This document shows positions 50,120-58,961 of a stretch of DNA of 64,000 nt, in pieces (the first letter of the stretch is position 1; every line of letters begins with the position of its first letter). Position numbers and translations under genes: made by a program. A model generated the notes under the pieces. That model did no database searches. It saw only the letters and a list, made by a program, of their open reading frames with translations, and had not been told where the DNA came from. Source of the stretch: Candidatus Hydrogenedentota bacterium (GTDB lineage Bacteria > Hydrogenedentota > Hydrogenedentia > Hydrogenedentales > SLHB01); NCBI GenBank assembly GCA_963668025.2, contig CAXXTH010000023.1, positions 1-64,000 on the forward strand, in the 5' to 3' direction.

Positions 50120-50270
50120 ACGATTTTTGACCGCGAATGGACGCGAATGGACGCGAATATATCCTCTAAAATGGTTTTGCAATTCCCGTAGCATGGGCGT
50201 CCCGCCCATGCCGTGTGGTAAAAACCTTAAACCAGCAATCTTGTTGCATCTCATGAATCATGTTTAAAAG
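50120..50270. repeat. REP-like cluster
   Basis: CGCGAATGGA-type tandem units at about 50132-50158 and a GTAG-type hairpin GTAGCATGGGCGTCCCGCCCATG at 50188-50210, with a relative at about 63133-63155. Confidence 0.55.
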
Positions 50271-50387
50271 AAAACTCTCCGTCTCACTTTTCGGGACACG
50301 ATTTACGTTGCTTCTGCAATTGACAAGCGTAATCGCCAGCGGCTACCTTGGGGTATCAGCGCCAGCACGGGTGGAAGGACGATCTAT

Positions 50388-51404
50388 ATGGAACCCAGCA
50401 TGCTTTTTCTAATCGGTTCGCCACGCTCGGGGAGCACCATGCTCGAACGCATCCTCGCATCGCACTCGATGATTCTCGGCGGGCCGGAGCCGCACCTCCT
50501 GACGCCTCTCGCCCATTTGGGCGTGTGGGCCAATGTGGACAAGGCACCCTACGACCATGTTCTCGCGGCGGAATCGCAGAAGCTGTTCATCCAGCGCCTG
50601 CCTGGCGGCGAGGCGGACTATTGGCGCGCCTGCCGCGCCTATTGCGACGTGCTCTACGGGCAATATCTCGCCACCAGTGAAAAATCCATCTGCCTCGACA
50701 AAACGCCCGCCTACGCCCTGGTGCTGCCGTTCATGCAGAAAGTCTTCCCTGATGCAAAATATGTGGTCCTCACGCGCCATCCCATCGCCACCTTCTCTTC
50801 CTACGCCCATTCCTTTTTCGACGGCGATTACCGCGCGGCATATGCCTATAACCCCATCTTGAACCGCTACATCCCCGCGTTGGCGGTCTTCTTGCGCCAA
50901 ACGGACACGCCGTATGTCCACGTGCGTTATGAAGACTTGGTGAAAGACCCCGAAACGTGGATGGAGAAAATCTATGCCTATATCGGCGCGCCTTTCGAGA
51001 AGGAGAGTATTGATTACGGCAAAGGTGGCGAGGGTGAGGAGCGCCCGAAGGGCCTTGGCGACCCCATCGGCGTGCAACAGCATACGCGGCCCACTACGGC
51101 CTCCGTGAAAAAATGGGTCGAAGACCTTGCCACGAATCCCGAGCGGCTGTCCATCATGCGGGAAATGCTCGAACGCATCGACCCGGAAGACCTTCGCACC
51201 ATCGGATATGCTCTCGAAACTCTCTGGAAGCCCTTGGAAGAAGCTGAAGGCAAAACTATCGCGCCGCGCCAAACCCGCCTCACCCGCTATCGCTTTCAAC
51301 GCAAGCTCATCGTGAATCTCCGTAGCGCCGCCCAATCGAGCGGCCTCCTGCGCAAAGCCTTATCTACGGCCCGGCTGGCTTGCGATGTGCTGTTGCGGGA
51401 GTGA
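50388..51404 (+). CDS. sulfotransferase family protein
   Basis: PAPS-binding GSPRSGSTML, plus DKTPAY, FPDAK..VLTRHP...SS and VRYEDLV.DPE. Confidence 0.9.
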   Translation: MEPSMLFLIGSPRSGSTMLERILASHSMILGGPEPHLLTPLAHLGVWANVDKAPYDHVLAAESQKLFIQRLPGGEADYWRACRAYCDVLYGQYLATSEKSICLDKTPAYALVLPFMQKVFPDAKYVVLTRHPIATFSSYAHSFFDGDYRAAYAYNPILNRYIPALAVFLRQTDTPYVHVRYEDLVKDPETWMEKIYAYIGAPFEKESIDYGKGGEGEERPKGLGDPIGVQQHTRPTTASVKKWVEDLATNPERLSIMREMLERIDPEDLRTIGYALETLWKPLEEAEGKTIAPRQTRLTRYRFQRKLIVNLRSAAQSSGLLRKALSTARLACDVLLRE

Positions 51405-51424
51405 AATCGTTCTCAACGCGGCAT

Positions 51425-51535
51425 AGCGTCAACCAAAGATCCGGATTCATAGACCACGAAATACACCAACTACACTAAAATCTGATGCGGTTTTATAGTT
51501 TTGTAGGGTTGGACTTGCCCCACCGCTCAAGGGTT
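51425..51535. repeat. composite REP-like module (inverted relative to 6105-6195)
   Basis: AACCAAAGATCCGGATT..GACCACGAAATACACC..TACACTAAAA..GTAGGGTTGGACTTGCCCCACCGCTCAAGGG. Confidence 0.65.
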
Positions 51536-51629
51536 GCGCATGAAAAAATGAAGGGTGCGTGCAACGTGTCACTGCGAAGATGGGAGGAGCATTGAGAATA
51601 GCGCATCGCCTATACGTGAAAACTGAAGA

Positions 51630-51866
51630 TTAAGACTTATAAAACAGGAACAACCGCACTTTGGCACATAATTTCTTTAATATTAGAAATGTAGTTATAG
51701 CACACAATAGAAAAAAGATCAAAGCAAGAGATGACACCCCTCCATTCCACCCCCAAACATCCTCAAAATACGACATTATCCTCAAAAATAGATGCATTAA
51801 TAAAGGCCCAATAATCGGATAGATCAGAAGCCTAAGATAAAAGTCTTTTTCTTTAGGCTTGTCCAT
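51630..51866 (-). CDS. small AT-rich two-TM hypothetical protein
   Basis: SD-like GAGGCGG before the ATG and two hydrophobic segments. No family recognised. Confidence 0.4.
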   Translation of the reverse strand: MDKPKEKDFYLRLLIYPIIGPLLMHLFLRIMSYFEDVWGWNGGVSSLALIFFLLCAITTFLILKKLCAKVRLFLFYKS

Positions 51867-52012
51867 ATGTTACCGCCTCATGAGTGCTGATTTCTTGCAC
51901 GAGGTTATAGAAAACTTGCACATAACCTTTGATTCTATACTCAAATTACCTCAAGAAATTATCCGAGTCAAGCAATAATTGCATTGCGATAAAAAGCATT
52001 ATTTCCGAAAAT

Positions 52013-52909
52013 TCAATTGACCGCAGGAGGCACCGCTTGCGCCAGTATCCGTTCGAGGGCATATTGCATGAATCGATACAGGACGAAGGCGCTCAGGAGG
52101 GGGAACACGAGCAGTTCAAAGAGCACCACGAGCATGAAGTAGATGAATGCGAACATGCCGTCCCACACGGCGCTGGTCATGGACGCCACGGCGTGGGTGA
52201 TGGCGGTGCGGATTTTGTCGAGGCTCTCGCCGGGACTGGTGATGCTGACCTGATCGCGTAAACCGATGAATTCGTCTTTCGCCTCGTTGAGCTGCATTTT
52301 CACTTGTTCGATGCGCGCTTGGTATTGAATTTTGATAGGCTGGGTGTAATGGGCGCATCCGGCGTAGCTCCCGATGAGCACGATGGGTACGGCATACGCG
52401 AAATAGCCGCCGAATAGGACGCAGCGCATGCCCCATCGCGGGAAAGAAGGCCAGCGTTTTGGCGCGATGCGCCCCGCCGCCCAAATGAGAAATCCCGCGC
52501 CCGCCAGCTTGAGGCCCAGCAGCAGGATGCCGGTTTCGAGCAGCAGCTTGTACATGCCCAGTATCAACAAGGAATAAAGCAGCACGTTCCATACGAGGTC
52601 GATATAGTCATACACCGGCTGCACGAGGTCGCCCACCTCGAGCTCGAAGCCCGCGCCTACGGAGCTTCCTTCGATAAGGGCCAGCCCGGCCTTGACACCG
52701 GATACGGCGAAAAAAGTCGAGGCGTTGTAGGCGGCGGCGTCATCAACAAGGGCTTCGGCTTCGGCGTTCAGGGCTTCATAGCAGGTGTAGCGCGCCATGA
52801 TGGGCGTTAAAAACAGGAATCCCGCACCGAAAAACGCCATGAGCAGGATTGCCGCCACGCTGCGTGGGGTGAAGGCCGCTTTCTTTATCTCTGCAACAGA
52901 TTCGCCCAT
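52013..52909 (-). CDS. hypothetical membrane protein
   Basis: Several TM helices and a VGDLVQPVYDYID segment. GC3-biased codon use. Confidence 0.7.
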   Translation of the reverse strand: MGESVAEIKKAAFTPRSVAAILLMAFFGAGFLFLTPIMARYTCYEALNAEAEALVDDAAAYNASTFFAVSGVKAGLALIEGSSVGAGFELEVGDLVQPVYDYIDLVWNVLLYSLLILGMYKLLLETGILLLGLKLAGAGFLIWAAGRIAPKRWPSFPRWGMRCVLFGGYFAYAVPIVLIGSYAGCAHYTQPIKIQYQARIEQVKMQLNEAKDEFIGLRDQVSITSPGESLDKIRTAITHAVASMTSAVWDGMFAFIYFMLVVLFELLVFPLLSAFVLYRFMQYALERILAQAVPPAVN

Positions 52910-53094
52910 TATAGGCCCTCGACACATTCAGGAACGCCAAGCAGCCACAGACGGGAAATCCCGCTGCAACAAGCGGGATTTCCTTTTATGCCCTATTCTT
53001 GTGTCTGCTGCTATCGTTTCCCAATTTATATGATCCAAAGATGGCGGTAGAAGTTCCCTTTCGTATAAAAATCGCTAAAACGGCCCTGGCCCCT

Positions 53095-54231
53095 TCAAAA
53101 TGAGACGGGTGGGAGCGCGGTGTTCGACGCAGAAGCCGGTTCTTCTTTCTTCTTCTCCCCCGCGGGCTTTGCGAGAATCCCCTTAACGGGCTTCTGTTCC
53201 GCTGGGGGCTGTGTGGGATCAAAAAAAGCGATGGCCGCGTAGCTCACAGACGTTTCCCAGTCATTTAGCAAACGGCCAGAAGTGTCATACTTCAAGACAA
53301 CGCCAACGGAGTCCGGCGGCAGGGCCTCCATCATGATGGCGATGGGCAGGCGGCCAGGGATCAAGTTGCGTGTCCGGACGACATAATCCTTAAATCCTTC
53401 AAAGTCGCGTGCGGTAATATAATTGAAAGCTTCCGTGTCCAAGGCTTCCAGGCGTTTGGGGATATCCTCGGAGAAGGGCGTGAAGGCGTATTCCGGGCCA
53501 TACTGGGTAAAATTCGAGCTGGTCACGATTAGCGTGCGATCATTAATCACTTTGCGCAAGCGCTCCACCATGACGTTGAAGCCCTGTGTGTCGAACCGGC
53601 TGCCTTTTTCTTGCAGTTGGCCGACAACGATGGGTACGAGCTTGAATTCACCGAGTTGAAGCTGCAGGAAAGGCAGTTGGACCTCGTCGCCGTACTCGAC
53701 CTCATGGAGTAATCCCCGGCCTATTGCCCCGGCGCCTTGGCGGTAGACGAGCGCACGGAGAGCATAGAGTGATGAATACGTAAGGGTGGTGATGGCGTCA
53801 TAATCGAGGGGCACATCGCCGAAAGGCGTTCGGTATACATCGACGGACGGAATAGATCCCCCGCGAAAACTACCCTTATGAAAAGGAGTCAGGATGATGA
53901 CCCGGTCATACTGGCCTTGTTTCAACAATTTATAGCCATGTGCGGCGACAGCGCCCGAATATTGGTAGGCGGAACTGGGAACAATAAGGCCCACCAAACG
54001 GCCCGCGCGCGGTTCGACTTCCGCTTCATTCAAATAAGTGGATACCGCAGTATACAGTTGGGCGGGATCGGCGGGATAATAAAGGCCAGGCCCGATAGGC
54101 CTCCGTACACGCAATGCGGCTGTTGTAGCGCCTGCCAATAAGGCCGCTAATACTATCCATCCCGCCAACATCCATACACGCCGGGTGCTCATAAGCCAAG
54201 GCCTCTCCATTTTATGGGTATGCTCCTGCAC
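53095..54231 (-). CDS. MEMO1/AmmeMemoRadiSam protein B homologue with an N-terminal TM and a degenerate active site
   Basis: R.P..PG.YYP.DP, YSGAVAA..Y, TPFGDVPLD, EVQLPFLQ, LVPIVVG and SVSYAAI. Confidence 0.85.
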   Translation of the reverse strand: MQEHTHKMERPWLMSTRRVWMLAGWIVLAALLAGATTAALRVRRPIGPGLYYPADPAQLYTAVSTYLNEAEVEPRAGRLVGLIVPSSAYQYSGAVAAHGYKLLKQGQYDRVIILTPFHKGSFRGGSIPSVDVYRTPFGDVPLDYDAITTLTYSSLYALRALVYRQGAGAIGRGLLHEVEYGDEVQLPFLQLQLGEFKLVPIVVGQLQEKGSRFDTQGFNVMVERLRKVINDRTLIVTSSNFTQYGPEYAFTPFSEDIPKRLEALDTEAFNYITARDFEGFKDYVVRTRNLIPGRLPIAIMMEALPPDSVGVVLKYDTSGRLLNDWETSVSYAAIAFFDPTQPPAEQKPVKGILAKPAGEKKKEEPASASNTALPPVSF

Positions 54232-54546
54232 ATTTTGAAATACGAACGCGAAGTGCGTTTTCAGTTTAGCAGAACTTTTTCTAGCATATCATATCTGCTT
54301 TTCCCGCCATATGTTCTGTTTGGGCTGGGTGTGAGAGCGCCAGGGAAAATCCGCGCAGAAAAAGCAATGGCGGATCCGACGGATCCGTCGGATCCGTCGG
54401 ATCAGGCGATACTCGAGCCCCATTAGCTCTCGCCTGGTGCTTTCCTGTATAATTCGATTGTAGAGTGCTTTTTTTCTTGAAAGGCGCCGTAAGTTGTTCA
54501 TTTCAGGGGTAGTTACATATTTTTTCTGGTTGGAGGATTTTGCTGC

Positions 54547-55362
54547 ATGCCGACACCGTATCAGATTGTTGTATGCGCGGGGATCGTGCCCGACCCGCTG
54601 CAAACCCTGGAGCCCGTGGCGGGGCCGCAGGGGTGGGGGCTCAAGAATGAAATGATGTTGCCCGCCGTGCTGGATCCGTGGGCGTCGCATGCGTTGTATG
54701 AAGCGGCGAATCTGGCGAAGAAGATTCCAGGCTCGAAGGTCACGCTGGTAAGCATGTCGCCGAAGGCGAAATTGCAGCAGGTCATGATGACCATGGCGCA
54801 AAAGGTTCCGTTCGAGCTAATTGCCATTGACGGCCCTTCGAGCGGGTTCACGGATGCGGGAGATGTGGCGGCGCTGTTGGCGGAAGCCATCGAGGCGATT
54901 CCAGGCCTTGACAAGTCGAAGCTGCTGGTGTTCGGGGGCTGGGAATCAGCCTCGAGGGGTGCGGGCGCGACGATGCAGATCCTGGGTGAGCGCCTGGGTA
55001 TCACGGATCAGTTCCAGGGCGTGGACGAAATCACCGTGGGCGAGGATGGCGTGCTGCGTATCCTCGAACGTGTCGAAGGCGGCCAGCACCAGATTTCCGA
55101 ATGCGCGGGCGCTCCGGCGGTGCTCGGCTGGGCCACGGGCAATCTGCCCGAGCCGCCGAATAATCCGCAGGTAGGCATGGCGAACATGCGGATGGTGATG
55201 CCGTCGCTTCAAAAAGCCAAGCCAGCCAAGCTGGCGGGTGCGAATGTACAGTTCGCAAGTGTCGAACTTCCCAAGCAGGTGCGCCAGACGCGCATCGAGA
55301 AAGACGCTTCCACGGACGAGATTGCCCGTGAGATCGTTGAATGGATCAAAGGTTTATCGTAA
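54547..55362 (+). CDS. etfB: electron transfer flavoprotein beta subunit (divergent)
   Basis: IVVC...VPD, LDPW..HALYEA, FGGWESASRGAG, GERLG and RVEGG. Paired with the alpha subunit downstream. Confidence 0.75.
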   Translation: MPTPYQIVVCAGIVPDPLQTLEPVAGPQGWGLKNEMMLPAVLDPWASHALYEAANLAKKIPGSKVTLVSMSPKAKLQQVMMTMAQKVPFELIAIDGPSSGFTDAGDVAALLAEAIEAIPGLDKSKLLVFGGWESASRGAGATMQILGERLGITDQFQGVDEITVGEDGVLRILERVEGGQHQISECAGAPAVLGWATGNLPEPPNNPQVGMANMRMVMPSLQKAKPAKLAGANVQFASVELPKQVRQTRIEKDASTDEIAREIVEWIKGLS

Positions 55363-55413
55363 AGCGGAAAGCGCGCATCCGGCGCGCCCGCAGACGGATA
55401 GGGAGAGCTTCTA

Positions 55414-56190
55414 ATGCATAAATGGGTTCTATGTCTGGGTGCTTTAGTATTGTGTGGAATACTTGCTGGGTGTCCTTCCACCACCATTCCAGTAGGGCTT
55501 ACTACCGCCGAATATAATTGGCTGCAGAATCATGGCGCGATTAAAGTCGGCGCGTTTAATGATTATCCGCCGTTTGGTTTTGTGGATGAAGACGGGGAGG
55601 CTATCGGCATTTCGGCCGATGTGTGGCATCTCATCTCATGCCGGTTGAATTGCCCGGTCGAGTTTTACCCCGTTTCGTTCGCCGAACAGCTTAGCGGTTT
55701 GCAAAGCGGCGCGTACGACAGCCTTGAGGGTATTTTCCCCTTGGCGAGCCGCGAGGAATGGGCCGATTTCAGTTCGGTGTATTGGGAGATCAATACGCAC
55801 ATCTATGTCCGCACCGAATATGCGGACCGTACGACGCTTGCGGCCCTGCTCGGATTGAAGGTCGGCGTGGTCGAAGGAGATTCAGGCCAGGTTCTTGCGC
55901 AAGCCGCAGGATTGGAAACGGTGGCTTATGTAAGCTATGAGGATGTAGTGAAAGCCGCGGGCCAGGGCGCGGTCGATGCGATGATCATGGACGAACTCGT
56001 GGCGCAGTATTACATCAATGCACTCGGATACCAGGCTGCGCTTCAAGTGTCGGGTGATGCGCTCGAGACGGGCCAGATGACCATGCCCGTGCTAGAAGAC
56101 AACGCGATGTTATTGAGCATCATCAATAAGGCGCTGGCCGACATCGATGCGTGGGAGTTGGAGCTAATCCATGATAAGTGGATCGGGTGA
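55414..56190 (+). CDS. family-3 solute-binding lipoprotein (polar amino acid-type)
   Basis: Lipobox LAGC, then WL..HG.I.VG...DYPPF.F.D..G...GISAD and REEWADFS..Y. Confidence 0.85.
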   Translation: MHKWVLCLGALVLCGILAGCPSTTIPVGLTTAEYNWLQNHGAIKVGAFNDYPPFGFVDEDGEAIGISADVWHLISCRLNCPVEFYPVSFAEQLSGLQSGAYDSLEGIFPLASREEWADFSSVYWEINTHIYVRTEYADRTTLAALLGLKVGVVEGDSGQVLAQAAGLETVAYVSYEDVVKAAGQGAVDAMIMDELVAQYYINALGYQAALQVSGDALETGQMTMPVLEDNAMLLSIINKALADIDAWELELIHDKWIG

Positions 56191-56232
56191 AAAGAAGGCA
56201 TACCGGGGAAAACTTAACAGGAGACTGATTTA

Positions 56233-57258
56233 ATGCCGACGATTCTATTCCTTGCTTCGGCTGAATCCGATGGCGCTCTGGCCAAGCCGGCGCTCGAGGC
56301 CCTTTCCGCGGCGAAATCCGTGGCGGATGGATTGGGCGCGGCATTCGTGGCGGGCATCGTAGGAGAGCAACTCCAAGCGGCGGCGGATGCGGCGGCGGGC
56401 GCGGGCGCTACGCGCGTCTTGGTCGTATGCGGTTCTGAATTCACCCAAGCGCGATATGCCACCGATGCGGCGGCGGCGGAAGCCCTCTGTAAAGCAGCGG
56501 GCGCGGATGTCGTGATTGCCCCTGGTTCGTCCCGGTGGAACCGTGTTCTGCCGGGTGCGGCGTATCGTTGCGGCGGCAACGCGGATGTGCATGTGGCGAA
56601 GCTGGCCGTGGTGGAAGGCGAATTGCGCGCATCGCGATGGTATTACCGCCAGCGCATGGAAGGCGTTATCACACGCCCCCAATCGCCCTGGTTCATCGCC
56701 GTCGATCCCGGCTCACAGCCCGCATGGGCTGGCGCGCCAGCTACAGCCGCTATCGAGTCCGTGGCCGTAGCCCTCACGGATGCGCATGCGCGCACGAATG
56801 TAACAGGATTTCATTCGCCGTCTTCGGGCGAGCAGACCATCCGGCCCGAGGCCGATCTGCTCTTCGTAGCGGGTGCGGGTTGGACGAAGAAACAGGCCGA
56901 CGGCCAGACACATACGGATAAAGCCGCCGAACTCATCCTCGGGTTCGTCACCAAGGCCCAAGCATCTCTTGGCAGCAGTAAGTCGCTGGTGGACCTCAGC
57001 ACGGAAGGCCAGGCCGTATTGCCTTTTATGAGCCACTTGAACCAGGTGGGCCAGACGGGCGCGACGCCTCGACACCCGAAGGGCCTTTCGACCTGCTGCC
57101 ACGGCGAAGAGCCCCATGTCGTGGGCTGGCGTTTCGTCAACGAGCGGCGCGCCGTGAATCTCGATGCGAATTGCGGCTGGGCGCAAGGGAAAACGGATGT
57201 GCTCTATGTGGCCGACGCGTTCGAAGTCATGGAAAAGGTCATCGCGCTGCTGCGATAA
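56233..57258 (+). CDS. etfA: electron transfer flavoprotein alpha subunit (divergent)
   Basis: KPALEALSAA, GA.RVLV, VAGAG, LGSSKSLVD, QVGQTG, AVNLD.N and VADAFEV. Confidence 0.8.
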   Translation: MPTILFLASAESDGALAKPALEALSAAKSVADGLGAAFVAGIVGEQLQAAADAAAGAGATRVLVVCGSEFTQARYATDAAAAEALCKAAGADVVIAPGSSRWNRVLPGAAYRCGGNADVHVAKLAVVEGELRASRWYYRQRMEGVITRPQSPWFIAVDPGSQPAWAGAPATAAIESVAVALTDAHARTNVTGFHSPSSGEQTIRPEADLLFVAGAGWTKKQADGQTHTDKAAELILGFVTKAQASLGSSKSLVDLSTEGQAVLPFMSHLNQVGQTGATPRHPKGLSTCCHGEEPHVVGWRFVNERRAVNLDANCGWAQGKTDVLYVADAFEVMEKVIALLR

Positions 57259-57267
57259 CACCTTTTG

Positions 57268-57307
57268 AAAAGGCCCATTCGTTTAACAGGCGGATGGGCC
57301 TTTTTTT
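57268..57307 (+). terminator. rho-independent terminator
   Basis: GGCCCATTCG...CGGATGGGCC stem followed by T7, just after the etfA stop. Confidence 0.75.
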
Positions 57308-57463
57308 GCACTACCCTCGAAAAATCGCGAGGTAATCCAAGACATGGATTTCGTGGTCCAAGATTCAGTGGTTTCGATGTCCAATTCGCTCTCCGCCCAT
57401 TCATTTGTTGGGATGCACCGAGGGAATTCGCTACAATGAGCGCACCATAGGAGAATCTATTCA

Positions 57464-58915
57464 ATGAAGAAAGCGCTGCTCATGATATCGCTCAGCCTCA
57501 TACCCCGCTTGCTCACCGCACAGGAGATCAGCCTGGAAGCCCTCGCGGGCGAGGATTGGTACGGGATCTATTTTAACGGCCAGAAATCCGGCTACGCGGA
57601 AAGCACGCTCCGCATCGCGGAGGACGGCTCGGTCCATGTGTCCATGGACGCCTTTTTTAAGGTCAGCCAAAGCGGGAAGCCCCAGGATATCCGCATGCTG
57701 GATTCGCGTGTTTATGCCCCTGATGGCCAATTGCGCAGTATCCATGCTAAAGGCCTCACGCCGACCGGGCTTGCGGAGTTTGAAGGCGTCGTGGAAGAAG
57801 GCGGGCTCCGTTTCACCACCGATATTGGCGGCAAGAAAACGGAAGAGGCGCTCCCTAAACCTACGGAAACCTTGCAAGACGCCATTCGCCAGGCGCGCCT
57901 TGTCCAAGGCGCGCCTAATGTGGGCGACGCCATCGAATATACCCGGTTTGAAACCATGTTGAAGCAGGAGATTAAAGGCCGCAGCGCTATCGAAAGCATC
58001 GAAGAGCGTTTCCTGGACGGCGTGGCGGCCAAGGTCTATACCGTCAAGACGGAAGAAGCCTTCATGGGCATGCCCATTTCATCGGTCTCTCATCTGGATT
58101 CCCATGGCAGAATCCTGGAGGACACCGTCGCTAATGTATTTAAAATGCGTCTTGAACCCAAAGAAATTGCCCAGGATGTTCATTACAGTAATGATGTCAT
58201 CGTATCCAATGCTGTCACCCTTGCCCAGCCGATATCCGAGCCTCGCACGCGGCCGGAAGTGCGCCTGCTCCTTCATGGCCCGCTCGATGTCCAGGTATTG
58301 ATCAATGACGAGCGCCAGCAGTTCACCGTAACGGACAAGGGCGTGTCGTTTCTCGGCAAACATGAATCCCTGGATGGCCTCGCGCCGGTCCAACTGCCGG
58401 TTACGGAGGCCAGCGTGCAGGAATGGCTGAAGCCCTCCACGTTCATCCAAAGCGGCGAGCCGCGCCTTATCGAGAAGGCGAAAGCCGTCCTTGGCGATGA
58501 AACGGACGCCTATCGCGCCGCTGAGCTCCTTTGCGGATGGGTGTATCAGAACGTCGCCACTTCTTATACCGCCAGCCTCTCGAACGCTTTGGAAGTGCTC
58601 GACACCATGGAAGGCGATTGCACGGAGCACAGCGTGCTGTTTGTCGGCCTGGCCCGCGCCGTGGGATTGCCCGCGCGGGAAGTGGCGGGCCTGGTCTATA
58701 CCGAGAATCCTAAGCCCGGACTCTATTTCCACCAATGGGCCAAGGTCTGGGCAGGCCGATGGATTGACATGGACCCCACGTTCAACCAGCCCATCGTGGA
58801 CGCCACGCACATCAAGCTCGCGGAAGGCGATCTCTTCCAGCAAATGAAGCTCATGCCGCTCATCGGACAGCTTCAAGCGGAATCGCTCGAACAGGAGGGA
58901 CAGCCGAACGGCTAA
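57464..58915 (+). CDS. secreted transglutaminase-like domain protein
   Basis: Signal peptide and an intact Cys-His-Asp triad (GDCTEHS, FHQW, WIDMDPT). Confidence 0.88.
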   Translation: MKKALLMISLSLIPRLLTAQEISLEALAGEDWYGIYFNGQKSGYAESTLRIAEDGSVHVSMDAFFKVSQSGKPQDIRMLDSRVYAPDGQLRSIHAKGLTPTGLAEFEGVVEEGGLRFTTDIGGKKTEEALPKPTETLQDAIRQARLVQGAPNVGDAIEYTRFETMLKQEIKGRSAIESIEERFLDGVAAKVYTVKTEEAFMGMPISSVSHLDSHGRILEDTVANVFKMRLEPKEIAQDVHYSNDVIVSNAVTLAQPISEPRTRPEVRLLLHGPLDVQVLINDERQQFTVTDKGVSFLGKHESLDGLAPVQLPVTEASVQEWLKPSTFIQSGEPRLIEKAKAVLGDETDAYRAAELLCGWVYQNVATSYTASLSNALEVLDTMEGDCTEHSVLFVGLARAVGLPAREVAGLVYTENPKPGLYFHQWAKVWAGRWIDMDPTFNQPIVDATHIKLAEGDLFQQMKLMPLIGQLQAESLEQEGQPNG

Positions 58916-58961
58916 CGCAATCCACACTCGCCCAAAGAAAGCCCGCCGCCGCGTTTTCTAC

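Noticed and set aside
50409-51335. 308-aa minus-strand ORF and other long overlapping ORFs (for example 9107-9997, 28841-29761, 59088-60005)
   Set aside because: These are shadow frames of well-supported genes in high-GC DNA.
54371-54403. CGGATCCGW tandem 9-mers and similar arrays as a mini-CRISPR
   Set aside because: They have no spacers and no cas genes are nearby. They are treated as REP-like simple repeats.
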